In this document: positions 49,777 through 58,724 of the stretch, piece after piece
How the letters are laid out: the number at the start of each line of letters is the position of its first letter
How positions within the stretch are numbered: the first letter of the stretch is position 1
Source of the DNA: an uncultured Gemmatimonadaceae bacterium
Lineage (GTDB): Bacteria; Gemmatimonadota; Gemmatimonadetes; Gemmatimonadales; Gemmatimonadaceae
Direction of reading: 5' to 3'
NCBI GenBank assembly: GCA_963751275.1
Contig: CAVVTZ010000007.1
Span: 32,001 to 96,000, forward strand
DNA: 64,000 bases
Made by a program: the position numbers and the translations under genes
Notes under the pieces: model-generated
What the model saw: the letters and a program-made list of their open reading frames with translations, nothing else
Told to the model about the DNA's origin: nothing
Database searches by the model: none

Positions 49777-50358
49777 GTGGTCCACCATCCCGCCCGTGTG
49801 CGCATCGTCCGTTCACTTCAGCTCGGCGCGATGATCGCCGCGGCCGCGCTGCTCGCGACCGCGTGCAAAGCGACCAAGACACCGGATCCCGCCCCGGCGG
49901 CGCCGACGGCCGCCGCCGCACAACCCGCGGCTTCGATCCTGCCGCTGGGTCCGGTGCCGGATGATTCCGCGGCGATGATGCTCAAGGCGTTCAAGCTCAC
50001 AATGCCGGCGCTGCAGCAGTTCGCGAAGGCGCAGTCGGCGTTCGACAAGGTGACCAAGGCGGATCCGGCGATCATGACCGCGCTGCGTCAGCGCTCGCAG
50101 AACGGCACGCTGGACAACGTGGTCGCCGGGTTGAGCGAACAGCCGAAGATCCGTTCGGCGCTCGCGGGCGCCGGCAGCAGCCCACGCACATTCATCGTAA
50201 CAGGCATGGCCCTGACGCAATCGATGGAAGGCCTGCAGATGATGGCCCAGGGCAAGCCGCTGCCCACCGGACTGTCGCCGGCGACGCTGGAGAACATCTC
50301 GTTCGTGCAGAAGAACCTTCCAGCGATCCGGGCGCTGCTCGCGCCGGGCCAGAAGTAG
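49777..50358 (+). CDS. Hypothetical lipoprotein
   Basis: Lipobox LATAC, Pro/Ala linker and helical domain; start uncertain. Confidence 0.65.
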   Translation: MVHHPARVRIVRSLQLGAMIAAAALLATACKATKTPDPAPAAPTAAAAQPAASILPLGPVPDDSAAMMLKAFKLTMPALQQFAKAQSAFDKVTKADPAIMTALRQRSQNGTLDNVVAGLSEQPKIRSALAGAGSSPRTFIVTGMALTQSMEGLQMMAQGKPLPTGLSPATLENISFVQKNLPAIRALLAPGQK

Positions 50359-50365
50359 CGGCCGG

Positions 50366-50695
50366 TCAGCTCGCCGGCAGTGCCGCGGCGAGCCGCGCCC
50401 CGTCGTCGCGCTCGTTCGCATCGGCGAGGAGCGCGAAGGCCGCCGATTCCCTGACGCGCGCCATGATCCGGCGATGCAGGTCGGGCAATGCCGGAATGGG
50501 CGGGAGGTTCCGCACGACCAGCATGGCACGGCGCACCCGGACGTCGAAACATGCGCACTCCACGCAGGCTTCCGAATGCGCCAACGCCGCGGCCTCATCG
50601 GCCGCGGCGAGTGCGCCATCCGTCAGATCGAGGTGGCGGTCACGGAATTCGGGACAAGCCCAGCGGGCAGGAGTAGGCACCGCGACAGGGTACAC
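50366..50695 (-). CDS. Short soluble zf-HC2 anti-sigma-like protein
   Basis: C.EFRD...LTDG.L......AHSEACVEC; directly downstream of an ECF sigma gene. Confidence 0.65.
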   Translation of the reverse strand: MYPVAVPTPARWACPEFRDRHLDLTDGALAAADEAAALAHSEACVECACFDVRVRRAMLVVRNLPPIPALPDLHRRIMARVRESAAFALLADANERDDGARLAAALPAS

Positions 50696-50746
50696 GCCAC
50701 CCTGCGTGGAGTTCCGCCGCCCGGCGCCCCAGGCCTGCCAGTCCCC

Positions 50747-51409
50747 TCAGGCCAGGGCCGGCTCGATGATCTCCGCGAACGCCGCCCGCGCCCGGTTCAG
50801 CCGGGACTTCACCGTTCCAAGATTGCACCCGGTGATCGCCGCGATCTCTTCGTAGGGCTTCCCTTCGAGCTCGCGCAGGACGAACACCTGCCGATGATGC
50901 TCGGGCAGCCGCGTGATCGCATCCTCGACCATCTCGCGAAGGTACCGCCGGCGGTACATGTCGTCGGGCCGCGACTGATGGTCCTCGAACTGGAGCGGAC
51001 GATCCTCGTCGTCCCAGTTCTGCTGGAGCGCCTGGAAGAGCACGAGCGGATTGCGCGAGCGGTTCCGCAGCTCGTTCTTCGCGAGGTTCGAGGCGATGGT
51101 GTAGATCCACGTCGAGAACTTCTTGGACGGATCGAACCGGTGCGCGTGGCGGTGCACGCGGATGAAGACTTCCTGCACCAGATCCTCGCCGCGCTCGCGG
51201 TCGCCGATGGTCCGGCAGATGAAATTCAGCAACCGCGCTTGATAGCGCAGGACGAGCGTCTCGAAGGCGCGATCATCGCCCGCGCTGAACGCGGCGACCA
51301 AGGCGCCATCATCGAGCGCCGCGAGTTGTTCGCGTCGCGAGAGCGGCGAGAGGGGTGCGATCGCAGGGACGGCGGGCGCGGTACGGCGGCTGACGACGGC
51401 ACTTTGCAT
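50747..51409 (-). CDS. ECF sigma factor (RpoE/SigW-like)
   Basis: EDLVQEVF, FSTWIYTIASN, YEEIA...GTVKSRLNRAR. Confidence 0.93.
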   Translation of the reverse strand: MQSAVVSRRTAPAVPAIAPLSPLSRREQLAALDDGALVAAFSAGDDRAFETLVLRYQARLLNFICRTIGDRERGEDLVQEVFIRVHRHAHRFDPSKKFSTWIYTIASNLAKNELRNRSRNPLVLFQALQQNWDDEDRPLQFEDHQSRPDDMYRRRYLREMVEDAITRLPEHHRQVFVLRELEGKPYEEIAAITGCNLGTVKSRLNRARAAFAEIIEPALA

Positions 51410-51498
51410 GGCAGTCTCCCCGGTCGGCCTCGGGCGCCCGCTGGTCCGCAGGGGTTGCGGAAGACATGCGAACGTCGAAGGAGTCGACCACTACCAAT

Positions 51499-51566
51499 CG
51501 CAGAGGCCGTGCCGTGAATGCCGTTCCGGCGAATCTGGCGTTAACTACATATGCAGCAATGAGTTG
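51499..51566 (-). promoter_or_regulatory. Sigma-54 promoter motif plus IHF-like site upstream of the ECF sigma gene
   Basis: Minus strand CGGCACGGCCTCTGC (GG-N10-GC, 51500-51514); CAGCAATGAGTTG at 51554-51566. Confidence 0.5.
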
Positions 51567-51700
51567 AACTGCCGATTGGAGCGAGGCAATTCGGGCGCCT
51601 TGCCACACGAATCGTCCCCCATGTAGGACGAACGCGCTACAATGGTAGGACAATCACGGACGCGCGAGGAACGCGGAACGCGGCACGCCGGCACGCGGCA

Positions 51701-52271
51701 CTACTTCCCCAGCCGGAACCCCGCGACATAAAGGATGGCGAGAGCGGTCTTCGCATCGACGATCTCATTGGCGCGGATCATCTCGAGCGCGCGCGAGAGC
51801 GACACCGGCACGAGTTCGATGAACTCGTCTCCCTCGCGTGCGTGCGGGCCACGCGTCAGTCCGGTCGCCAGGAACACATGGATCTTCTCATCAGTGAAGC
51901 CCGGCGTCGTGAACATCGTGAACACGTGCTCGAATGCGCTCCGCCGTGCACCCGGTCTCCTCGCGCAATTCCCGCCGTGCGCATATCTCAGGCGCCTCGT
52001 CCTTCTCCAGGCGCCCCGCCGGCACTTCGTAAACGAATCCATCCGTCGCATACCGGTATTGGCGGATCAGGAGCAGTTGCGGATCGTCGCCGCCGGGATC
52101 GCTCAACACGGGCACGATCGCGCTCGCGCCCGGGTGCCGGATCATCTCGATCTCGCCCGTACTCCCATCGGGAAATCGCACGCGGTCGACATCCAGACTG
52201 ATCACGCGACCGGTGTACTTGCGCTCGCCATCGATCTTGCCGGGAGGGATCTTTGGATCAGCGGCGCTCAC
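51701..52271 (-). CDS. NUDIX hydrolase (ADP-ribose pyrophosphatase-like), frameshift ~51935
   Basis: EVPAG..E.......ARRELREETG in ORF 51891-52271; FTTPGFTDE..DAKT in ORF ending 51701. Confidence 0.88.
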
Positions 52272-53644
52272 GGCGTGCGCGGAGCCCCATCGCGCCCGTA
52301 CTCGATCACCGGCCCGAACGCGAGCGCCTCGAGCGGGGCGCGGATCGCCGCTGCGTCACCGACGACGACGAGCTGCAGTGCATCGGGGCGGAGATGCGTC
52401 TCCGCGGCGGCACGCACGTCCGCGGAAGTCACCGCCCGCACTTGGTCGCGGTAGCGGTCGAAGTAGTCCGCGGGCAGCGAGAAGACGGTCATCGCGGCCA
52501 GGGCACGCGCCACCGCCTCGGTCGTTTCGTACTTGATCGGGAAGACGCCCGCGAGGTAGCTCGTGGCGAGCTCGAGTTCGTCGGCCGCCACCGGCGTGTT
52601 CCGGATCGCGTCGATCTCGTTGAGGATCTCGCGTGCCGCCGCGGCCGTGACCTCGCTCTGCACGGCTGTGGACACATCGAACGGACCCGCGCCACGACGC
52701 CACTCGAACGCCGAGTGCGCGCCATACGTGTACGCGTGGCGCTCTCGCAGATTGAGATTGATCCGTGACGAGAAAAGTCCGCCGAGGATCGCGTTCATCA
52801 GCAGCACCGGGAAATAGTCCGGGTGGGAGCGCGGCAATCCGACGTGTCCCATGCGCAGCTCCGACTGCGGCGCGTCCGGCCGCTCCACCGAATGCAACGC
52901 TCGCGTCGCGCGGGCTGCGGAGTCCGTGAGCGGCACCGGACCCGCCGCGCCGCCGCGCCAGGACGCGAACGTCCGCTCCGCGATCGCCGTCGCATCGGCG
53001 GTCGTGATGTCGCCGGCCATGATCAGTGTGGAGCCCGCGGGCCGGTAGCGCGCCGCATGGAATGCGGCCAGCGCCGCCGGATCGAGCAATGTCACCGACT
53101 CGGCGCTCCCGCGGTCTTGGCGCGCATAGCGCGACTCGGGCGCGTAGACCGCGCGCGCGAAGACCTCATCGGCCAGTCCTCTGGGTTCTGCCCGCGATTG
53201 CATGATCTCCGCCAGCCGTTCGGACTTGAGCCGATCGACCTCGCGCGCGGGGAACGCGGGAGTGAGTACGATCTCGCCGAGCAGCGACACTGCTTCTTCC
53301 ACGTGCGCGCGCAGCACGCTCACCCCGATACCGGCCGTGTCCCAGTCGCCATCGGACGAGACCGAGGCGCCGATGCGCTCCAGCCGGCCCGTGAGTTCGG
53401 CGGCGCTGAGCCGTGCCGTGCCCTCGAGCAGCGCGCGCGCCGTGAGGCTCGCCACGCCATCGCGGCCGGCGGGCTCGCTCATCGCGCCCGCGTCCACCAC
53501 GAGCATCACGGTCACGATCGGCAGCTTGTGCATGGGCGCGACGAGCAGGCCCAATCCGTTGCTGAGCGCGCGACGCTCGAAGGGCGGGAAGTGGTACGGC
53601 CGGGGCGGGGAGGGCGCGGGCCGCACCGTGTAGACGTCGCTCAT
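52268..53644 (-). CDS. M16 peptidase, non-catalytic subunit
   Basis: LSNGL, no HxxEH, SSRINLNLRERHAYTYG. Confidence 0.9.
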   Translation of the reverse strand: MSDVYTVRPAPSPPRPYHFPPFERRALSNGLGLLVAPMHKLPIVTVMLVVDAGAMSEPAGRDGVASLTARALLEGTARLSAAELTGRLERIGASVSSDGDWDTAGIGVSVLRAHVEEAVSLLGEIVLTPAFPAREVDRLKSERLAEIMQSRAEPRGLADEVFARAVYAPESRYARQDRGSAESVTLLDPAALAAFHAARYRPAGSTLIMAGDITTADATAIAERTFASWRGGAAGPVPLTDSAARATRALHSVERPDAPQSELRMGHVGLPRSHPDYFPVLLMNAILGGLFSSRINLNLRERHAYTYGAHSAFEWRRGAGPFDVSTAVQSEVTAAAAREILNEIDAIRNTPVAADELELATSYLAGVFPIKYETTEAVARALAAMTVFSLPADYFDRYRDQVRAVTSADVRAAAETHLRPDALQLVVVGDAAAIRAPLEALAFGPVIEYGRDGAPRTP

Positions 53645-54931
53645 GCGGCGGCCTCCTCGGCTTTCGCGCGCGGCACGTACAGCAAGCTGATACGATTGTT
53701 CTCGCCCAGCGCACGCCGCGCGAACGCGTTCACGCGCTCGACGGTCACGGCACGGTAGCGATCGGCCTGCACGTTCACGAGGCCGGGATCGCCGAGGTAC
53801 GTCGCGAACTGGGACAGCTTGTCGGCGCGCTCGCTGGCCGATTGCATCGACTGCACGAGCGCGGTCTCGATCAACGCGAGCGCGCGGTCGAGTTCGTCCT
53901 GCCGCACGCCGTCCTGGCGCAGCGCATCCAGTTCGCGAACGGTCTCGACCTCGAGCCGGTCCGCCGCCACGCCGGGCCGCGCGGTCACGTCCGCCACGAG
54001 CAGGTCCGCCGCCTTCGCGAGATCGAGGGTGAACGCCGCCGCATCCGATGCGATCTCCCGGTCGCGCACCAGCCGCTGCTGCAACCGGCTCGCCTTGCCC
54101 ATGCCGAGCACCGCGCCGAGCGTGCTCGCGGCATAATACTCTTCGCTGCCGAACACCGGCGAGCGCAGCGCGAGGAAGAGCCGCGGCAGCGCGACGTCAT
54201 CCGGCACCGTCTCGCGCCGCCAATCGCCGAACAGCGGCGGCACGCGCATCTCGGCGAGCGGCGGGCGTCCGGTGCCGCGCGGCAGCGGGCCGAAGTAGCG
54301 CTCGACCAGCGCACGCGCTTCCGCCGGATCGAAGTCGCCGGCGATCGAGAGTACCGGCATTGTCGGGCGTGTAGATACGTCGTGAAGAACGCCTCAATGT
54401 CGGACAGGCTCGCTTCCGAGAGGTCCTCCATCGACCCGATCAGTGAGTGGTGGAAGGGATGCTCCGGCGGAAAGGCCAGCGCCGGGAGCTTCTCCCACCA
54501 CGTGCCGTACGGCTGATTGTCCATGCTCCAGCGACGCTCGTTCTTCACGACGTCCCGCTGCGTGTCGAGCTTCTGCTGCGTCATCGCGGGAATGCAGGAA
54601 CGCCCATCCGGTCCGCCTCGAGCCAGAGCGCCGTGGCGAGATGGTTGGACGGCACGGTCTCGAAGTAGTTCGTGCGATCCAGCCACGTCGAGCCATTCAG
54701 CGTGCCGCCGGCGCGCTGGATGAGTTCGAAATGTTCGTTGGACGCGACGTGCTCCGATCCCTGGAACAGCATGTGTTCGAAGAGATGCGCGAAACCGGTG
54801 CGCCCCGGACGCTCGTTCGCCGATCCGACGTGATACCAGAGGTTCACGGCGACGATCGGCGCGGTGTGGTCCTCCGAGAGGGTGACCTGCAGGCCGTTCG
54901 CGAGCTGGAAGCGTTCCACCGGGATGTGCAT
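53641..54931 (-). CDS. M16 zinc peptidase, catalytic subunit (frameshifts ~54595 and ~54356-54374)
   Basis: WYHVGSANE, GFAHLFEH, WLEADRM, VVKNERR and YTPDNAVLSIAGD, split over several frames. Confidence 0.88.
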
Positions 54932-55084
54932 CCGGGAAAATTGCGCGCTGCGCACGCCGGAGGGAACCCTGTGCGCGGAACCGCGCGATCCGCTTGACCC
55001 CGCCGCGGTGCGGCGGCGATCTTGCGTGCATCGATCCGCGCCGAATTTTCCGGCGCCGCGCGGATCCCACGAGCGAGGATGCGC

Positions 55085-55588
55085 ATGCGGATGCGAGGCA
55101 CGTTCAAGGTCGCCGTGACGAAGGACTACCTCGTCTTCCCGGCTGCGCATTTCATCACGTTCGCGGGCCACCGCTGCGAGCCGCTGCACGGACACAACTA
55201 CCGCGTCGCCGTCACACTCGACGGCACCGTGGATGAGGAGACCTGGTACGTCGTGGATTTCTCGGTGGTGAAGCAAATGATGCGCAAGCTATGCGAGGAG
55301 CTCGACCACAAGATGCTCCTCCCGACCCAGAATCCGAAGCTCGCGATCGACACGCGCGGCGACGCGGTGCATGTCGCCTTCGAGGGCAAGCCGAAGTATG
55401 TGTTCCCACGCGACGAGTGCGCGCTCCTGCCGATCCCGAACACCACGGTGGAGATGCTCGCGCAGTACCTCACCCAGCGCGTCCTTGCGGAATTCAAGGC
55501 GCAGAAGAACGCGACACTGACGGCGGTGGAAGTCGAGGTCGAGGAGAATTTCGGGCAGGCCGCCGCGTATCGTGAGTTGCTGACCTGA
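55085..55588 (+). CDS. QueD/6-pyruvoyl-tetrahydropterin synthase family protein
   Basis: F.AAH, CEPLHGHNY, LDH, TTVEMLA. Confidence 0.85.
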   Translation: MRMRGTFKVAVTKDYLVFPAAHFITFAGHRCEPLHGHNYRVAVTLDGTVDEETWYVVDFSVVKQMMRKLCEELDHKMLLPTQNPKLAIDTRGDAVHVAFEGKPKYVFPRDECALLPIPNTTVEMLAQYLTQRVLAEFKAQKNATLTAVEVEVEENFGQAAAYRELLT

Positions 55589-55602
55589 ACCCGGAGGCCG
55601 CT

Positions 55603-55971
55603 ATGGCACGCCAGGAACGCAAGATTTCCAATGCCGAGGCCGCGGCATTCCTCGCGCGGATGCCGGGATGGTCGATCGTCGATGGCTGGCTCACCCGCCG
55701 GTACAAGACGGAGGGTTGGCCGACCACGCTCATGCTCGTCAACGCGATCGGCTTCGCGGCGGAGGCCGCGGACCATCATCCCGATCTCGCGGTGGCATGG
55801 CCGAGCGTCACCGTTCGCCTGCGCACGCACTCGGCGAACGGATTGACGGTCAAGGACCTCGAGCTCGCGCAGAAGATCGAAGAGGTCGCGCTCTGGCGGC
55901 CGCCGGCCAAGAGTCCCGAGGGGCTCACCGGCACGACGCGCGCCTTCGTGAAGGGCAATGACACGAAATGA
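55603..55971 (+). CDS. Pterin-4-alpha-carbinolamine dehydratase
   Basis: AEAADHHPDL, LRTHSANGLTVKDLELA. Confidence 0.9.
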   Translation: MARQERKISNAEAAAFLARMPGWSIVDGWLTRRYKTEGWPTTLMLVNAIGFAAEAADHHPDLAVAWPSVTVRLRTHSANGLTVKDLELAQKIEEVALWRPPAKSPEGLTGTTRAFVKGNDTK

Positions 55972-56491
55972 TCCCGGGGGAATGCGCGCCCCGGCCCGTT
56001 GGCTCGCGGTGATCCGGATCGTGGTGGGCGCGTGGTTCGCGAAGGGTGTCATAACCAAACTGACGGTCACGCTCGCATGGGGATTCCTCCCCGTGCCGGC
56101 GGCCTCCGATCGCTGGGTCGCGACGATGCCGAAGCTCCTCGCGAAGTACGCGGCCGACAATCCGTTCCCCGCCTATCGCTCTTTTCTCCTCGAGACCGTC
56201 ATTCGCGATCCGGTGCTCTACGCGAATCTTACCGCGCTCGGAGAAGCGTTCGTCGGGATCTCTCTCCTGGCCGGCCTGCTCACGCCGGCCGGCGCGGTCG
56301 CCGGGATGGCGCTCACCCTGCTGTATGGATTGGCGGTCCAGCACATGAGTTCCGGGCAACTCGGCTTTCACGTGATGCTCGCGACATCAATGTTCGCGTT
56401 CTTCTTCAGCCGCGCGGGCCGCGAGTGGGGCGCCAATGCATGGCTGCGCACCCGGTTCCCGAACGCGGCCGTCACGCGCTGGTTCACGTGA
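55958..56491 (+). CDS. DoxX/DoxD-like membrane protein
   Basis: RIVVG.WF, GEAFVGISLLAGLLT, AGREWG. Confidence 0.7.
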   Translation: MTRNDPGGMRAPARWLAVIRIVVGAWFAKGVITKLTVTLAWGFLPVPAASDRWVATMPKLLAKYAADNPFPAYRSFLLETVIRDPVLYANLTALGEAFVGISLLAGLLTPAGAVAGMALTLLYGLAVQHMSSGQLGFHVMLATSMFAFFFSRAGREWGANAWLRTRFPNAAVTRWFT

Positions 56492-56495
56492 GGCG

Positions 56496-57323
56496 GTGCG
56501 CGCCGCCCGGTTGGCCCGCCGCGTGGTGACCGGCATCGTCGTCCTCGCCATCGCGGTCACGGTCGCGCTGTTCGTGTTCGTCTGGTGGGGGCAGGAGCGC
56601 ATCACCTATCAGCCGCCGCGCATCGCGGAGCCGACGCCCGCCGGCGCCGAGCGGGTCGAGTACCTCGCATCGGACGGCCAGAAGCTCTACGCGCTCGTGG
56701 TCGGCACGCCATCGCAGCCCGCGCGCGTGCTGCTCGCCTTTCATGGCAACGCCGACATCGCCCCATGGCTCGCGCCCTGGGCGGCGGAGATCGCCCGCCG
56801 GACGGGCTACGTCGTGGTGCTCGCCGAATACCGCGGCTACAACGGCCTCGCGGGCGCGCCCCGCGCGGTTGGGATCCGGCTCGATGCGCGCGCGGCGCTC
56901 GCGTTCGTCCGTGCGCGCTACGGAGCCGGCGTGCGGATCGCCTACTACGGGCACTCCCTGGGCACCGCCGTGTCCGCCGAGCTCGCGAGCGAATCTCCGC
57001 CATCGGTCCTCATCCTCGAATCGCCCTTCACCGCGGCCGCCGACATGGCGGCGCTCTTCGGCACGCCGCTCGCGCGGATCGCGTGGCGCCTGTTCGGCCG
57101 GATCCCGTACGACACACGCACGCGCGTGCAGTCCATCGATGCGCCGGTCTGGGTGGCCCACGGCGACAGCGATCGCATCATTCCTGTTCGCATGGGTCGC
57201 GCGGTCTTCGCGGCGGCTCGGCGGCAAGGCGAATTGCTCATCGTTCCCGGCGGCGGGCACAACGGCCTCGCGGAGAGCGGCGGGCCGGCCTATTGGGAGT
57301 GGATCACGCGCGCACTCCGCTGA
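56496..57323 (+). CDS. Alpha/beta hydrolase (ABHD13/17-like)
   Basis: FHGNA, YRGY, GHSLG, HGDSDRII, GHN; start uncertain. Confidence 0.88.
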   Translation: MRAARLARRVVTGIVVLAIAVTVALFVFVWWGQERITYQPPRIAEPTPAGAERVEYLASDGQKLYALVVGTPSQPARVLLAFHGNADIAPWLAPWAAEIARRTGYVVVLAEYRGYNGLAGAPRAVGIRLDARAALAFVRARYGAGVRIAYYGHSLGTAVSAELASESPPSVLILESPFTAAADMAALFGTPLARIAWRLFGRIPYDTRTRVQSIDAPVWVAHGDSDRIIPVRMGRAVFAAARRQGELLIVPGGGHNGLAESGGPAYWEWITRALR

Positions 57324-57336
57324 GCGCGCGCCACGC

Positions 57337-58695
57337 TCAGAAGAAGAGCATGACTCCCAGCGCGCCCTGGCTCGACGTGATCTTCGTGCCATCGTACGCC
57401 TGACTGTCGCCGTAGGTGTACTCGAACACCGAGCGGAAGGATCGCGTCCATAGGTACGTCACGGCGCCTACGGCGGCGGTGTTGTACTTCATGAGGAAGT
57501 CGTTCTCATTGTCGACATCGTCGCCGCTGCGCTCCAGATCGGTGTCGCCGTACGACGCGCCGAACTTCCACTTGCTGTCGCGCGGCATCCACTGCAACTG
57601 CAGCAGGTAGCCGTACGACGCGCGGCGGTCACCCGCGTAGTCCACGCCAAGTCCGTCCGTGAACATGAACGCCGTGCCGACGCCCTCCTGATAGAAGCCG
57701 GAGAGGTCGAATTGCACGCCGCTCTTGTTCCACTCCATGCCGCTCGCGAGCCCCCACGGCGTGACCGCGTCCTTGCAGCCGGCCGGGTCGCCGAAGTACG
57801 GCGCGCACAGGTCTCCCGTGGAGACGTTCCTCACGTTCGCGAACAATCCGCTCGCGTAGAACATGAATTTGTCCGCGGACCCGGTGGCGCCCGTATGGCT
57901 CAGGTACGTGACCTCGGTCTCCACGCGTGGAGAATGCGTCACGCGGAAGCAGCACTGGCCGACGGGCACGGCTCCGTTGTCAGCGTTGATCACGCTGGGA
58001 TCGAACAGGCCGATCGACCAGCGCCATAGCCGGTTCGCCGGTGTGCTGAACGTGATCTGCGCGTTGAAGTTCGGGTAGCTGTATCCGGTCCCGATGTGGC
58101 CGAGCGTGGTCCCATTGCCGGTGAATCCCGCGCCACCACCGCTCAGTCCGACGCCGAACACGGTCATATCGGTCAGCAGATTCTGCTGTTGGTACAGGCC
58201 GATCGCGCGGCCGGCGAGGATCTGCCCCCATGTTCCGCCCACCGTGAGGTACGCTTCGCGCAGATCGATCTGCGCGCCGCATTGTCCGGACGGCGTGCCA
58301 CAGTTGTCATGCAGCTGATCGATCGACTGGATCTCGGGCGCGATGCCGATGTGCGCGCCCACATCCAGGCCCGCTTCCTTCCCCTTCACTTCGAAGATCG
58401 CGAACGCCGGCGTCAGTCCGGTACGGATGCGCAGCACCTTCTGCTCCGTGCCGGTCGGGATGAGGTTTCCCGCGAAGTCACACGCGGGCGCGCCGTCGTT
58501 GCATTTCGGATCGGTGTAGACGATGAACGCATTCACGTTCCCCGAGAACGAGAACGTCCAGCCGCTCATCGTGCCCATGATGATCCCTTGCGCGGAAGCC
58601 CGGGAGGCGGCGACCAGGAGCAAGGCGGGCAGCGCCTGCGCCAGCCGCGCGATCCGTGCGCGGATCTTCGCGCCGCTCGTCGCGCGGATCATCAT
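57337..58695 (-). CDS. Outer-membrane porin
   Basis: Signal peptide, amphipathic strands, DLREAYL..G.WGQI.AGR, C-terminal Phe. Confidence 0.78.
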   Translation of the reverse strand: MMIRATSGAKIRARIARLAQALPALLLVAASRASAQGIIMGTMSGWTFSFSGNVNAFIVYTDPKCNDGAPACDFAGNLIPTGTEQKVLRIRTGLTPAFAIFEVKGKEAGLDVGAHIGIAPEIQSIDQLHDNCGTPSGQCGAQIDLREAYLTVGGTWGQILAGRAIGLYQQQNLLTDMTVFGVGLSGGGAGFTGNGTTLGHIGTGYSYPNFNAQITFSTPANRLWRWSIGLFDPSVINADNGAVPVGQCCFRVTHSPRVETEVTYLSHTGATGSADKFMFYASGLFANVRNVSTGDLCAPYFGDPAGCKDAVTPWGLASGMEWNKSGVQFDLSGFYQEGVGTAFMFTDGLGVDYAGDRRASYGYLLQLQWMPRDSKWKFGASYGDTDLERSGDDVDNENDFLMKYNTAAVGAVTYLWTRSFRSVFEYTYGDSQAYDGTKITSSQGALGVMLFF

Positions 58696-58724
58696 CGGAC
58701 CGTCCTTCGTTGGTCCATGACCGG

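Noticed and set aside
51661..51701. Degenerate heptamer repeats GCGGAAC/GCGGCAC
   Set aside because: Short, imperfect simple repeats after a stop codon, with no supportable function.
54940..55080. preQ1 riboswitch upstream of the queD-like gene
   Set aside because: GC-rich hairpins are present, but no preQ1 consensus loop or A-rich tail is recognisable; an Rfam scan would settle it.
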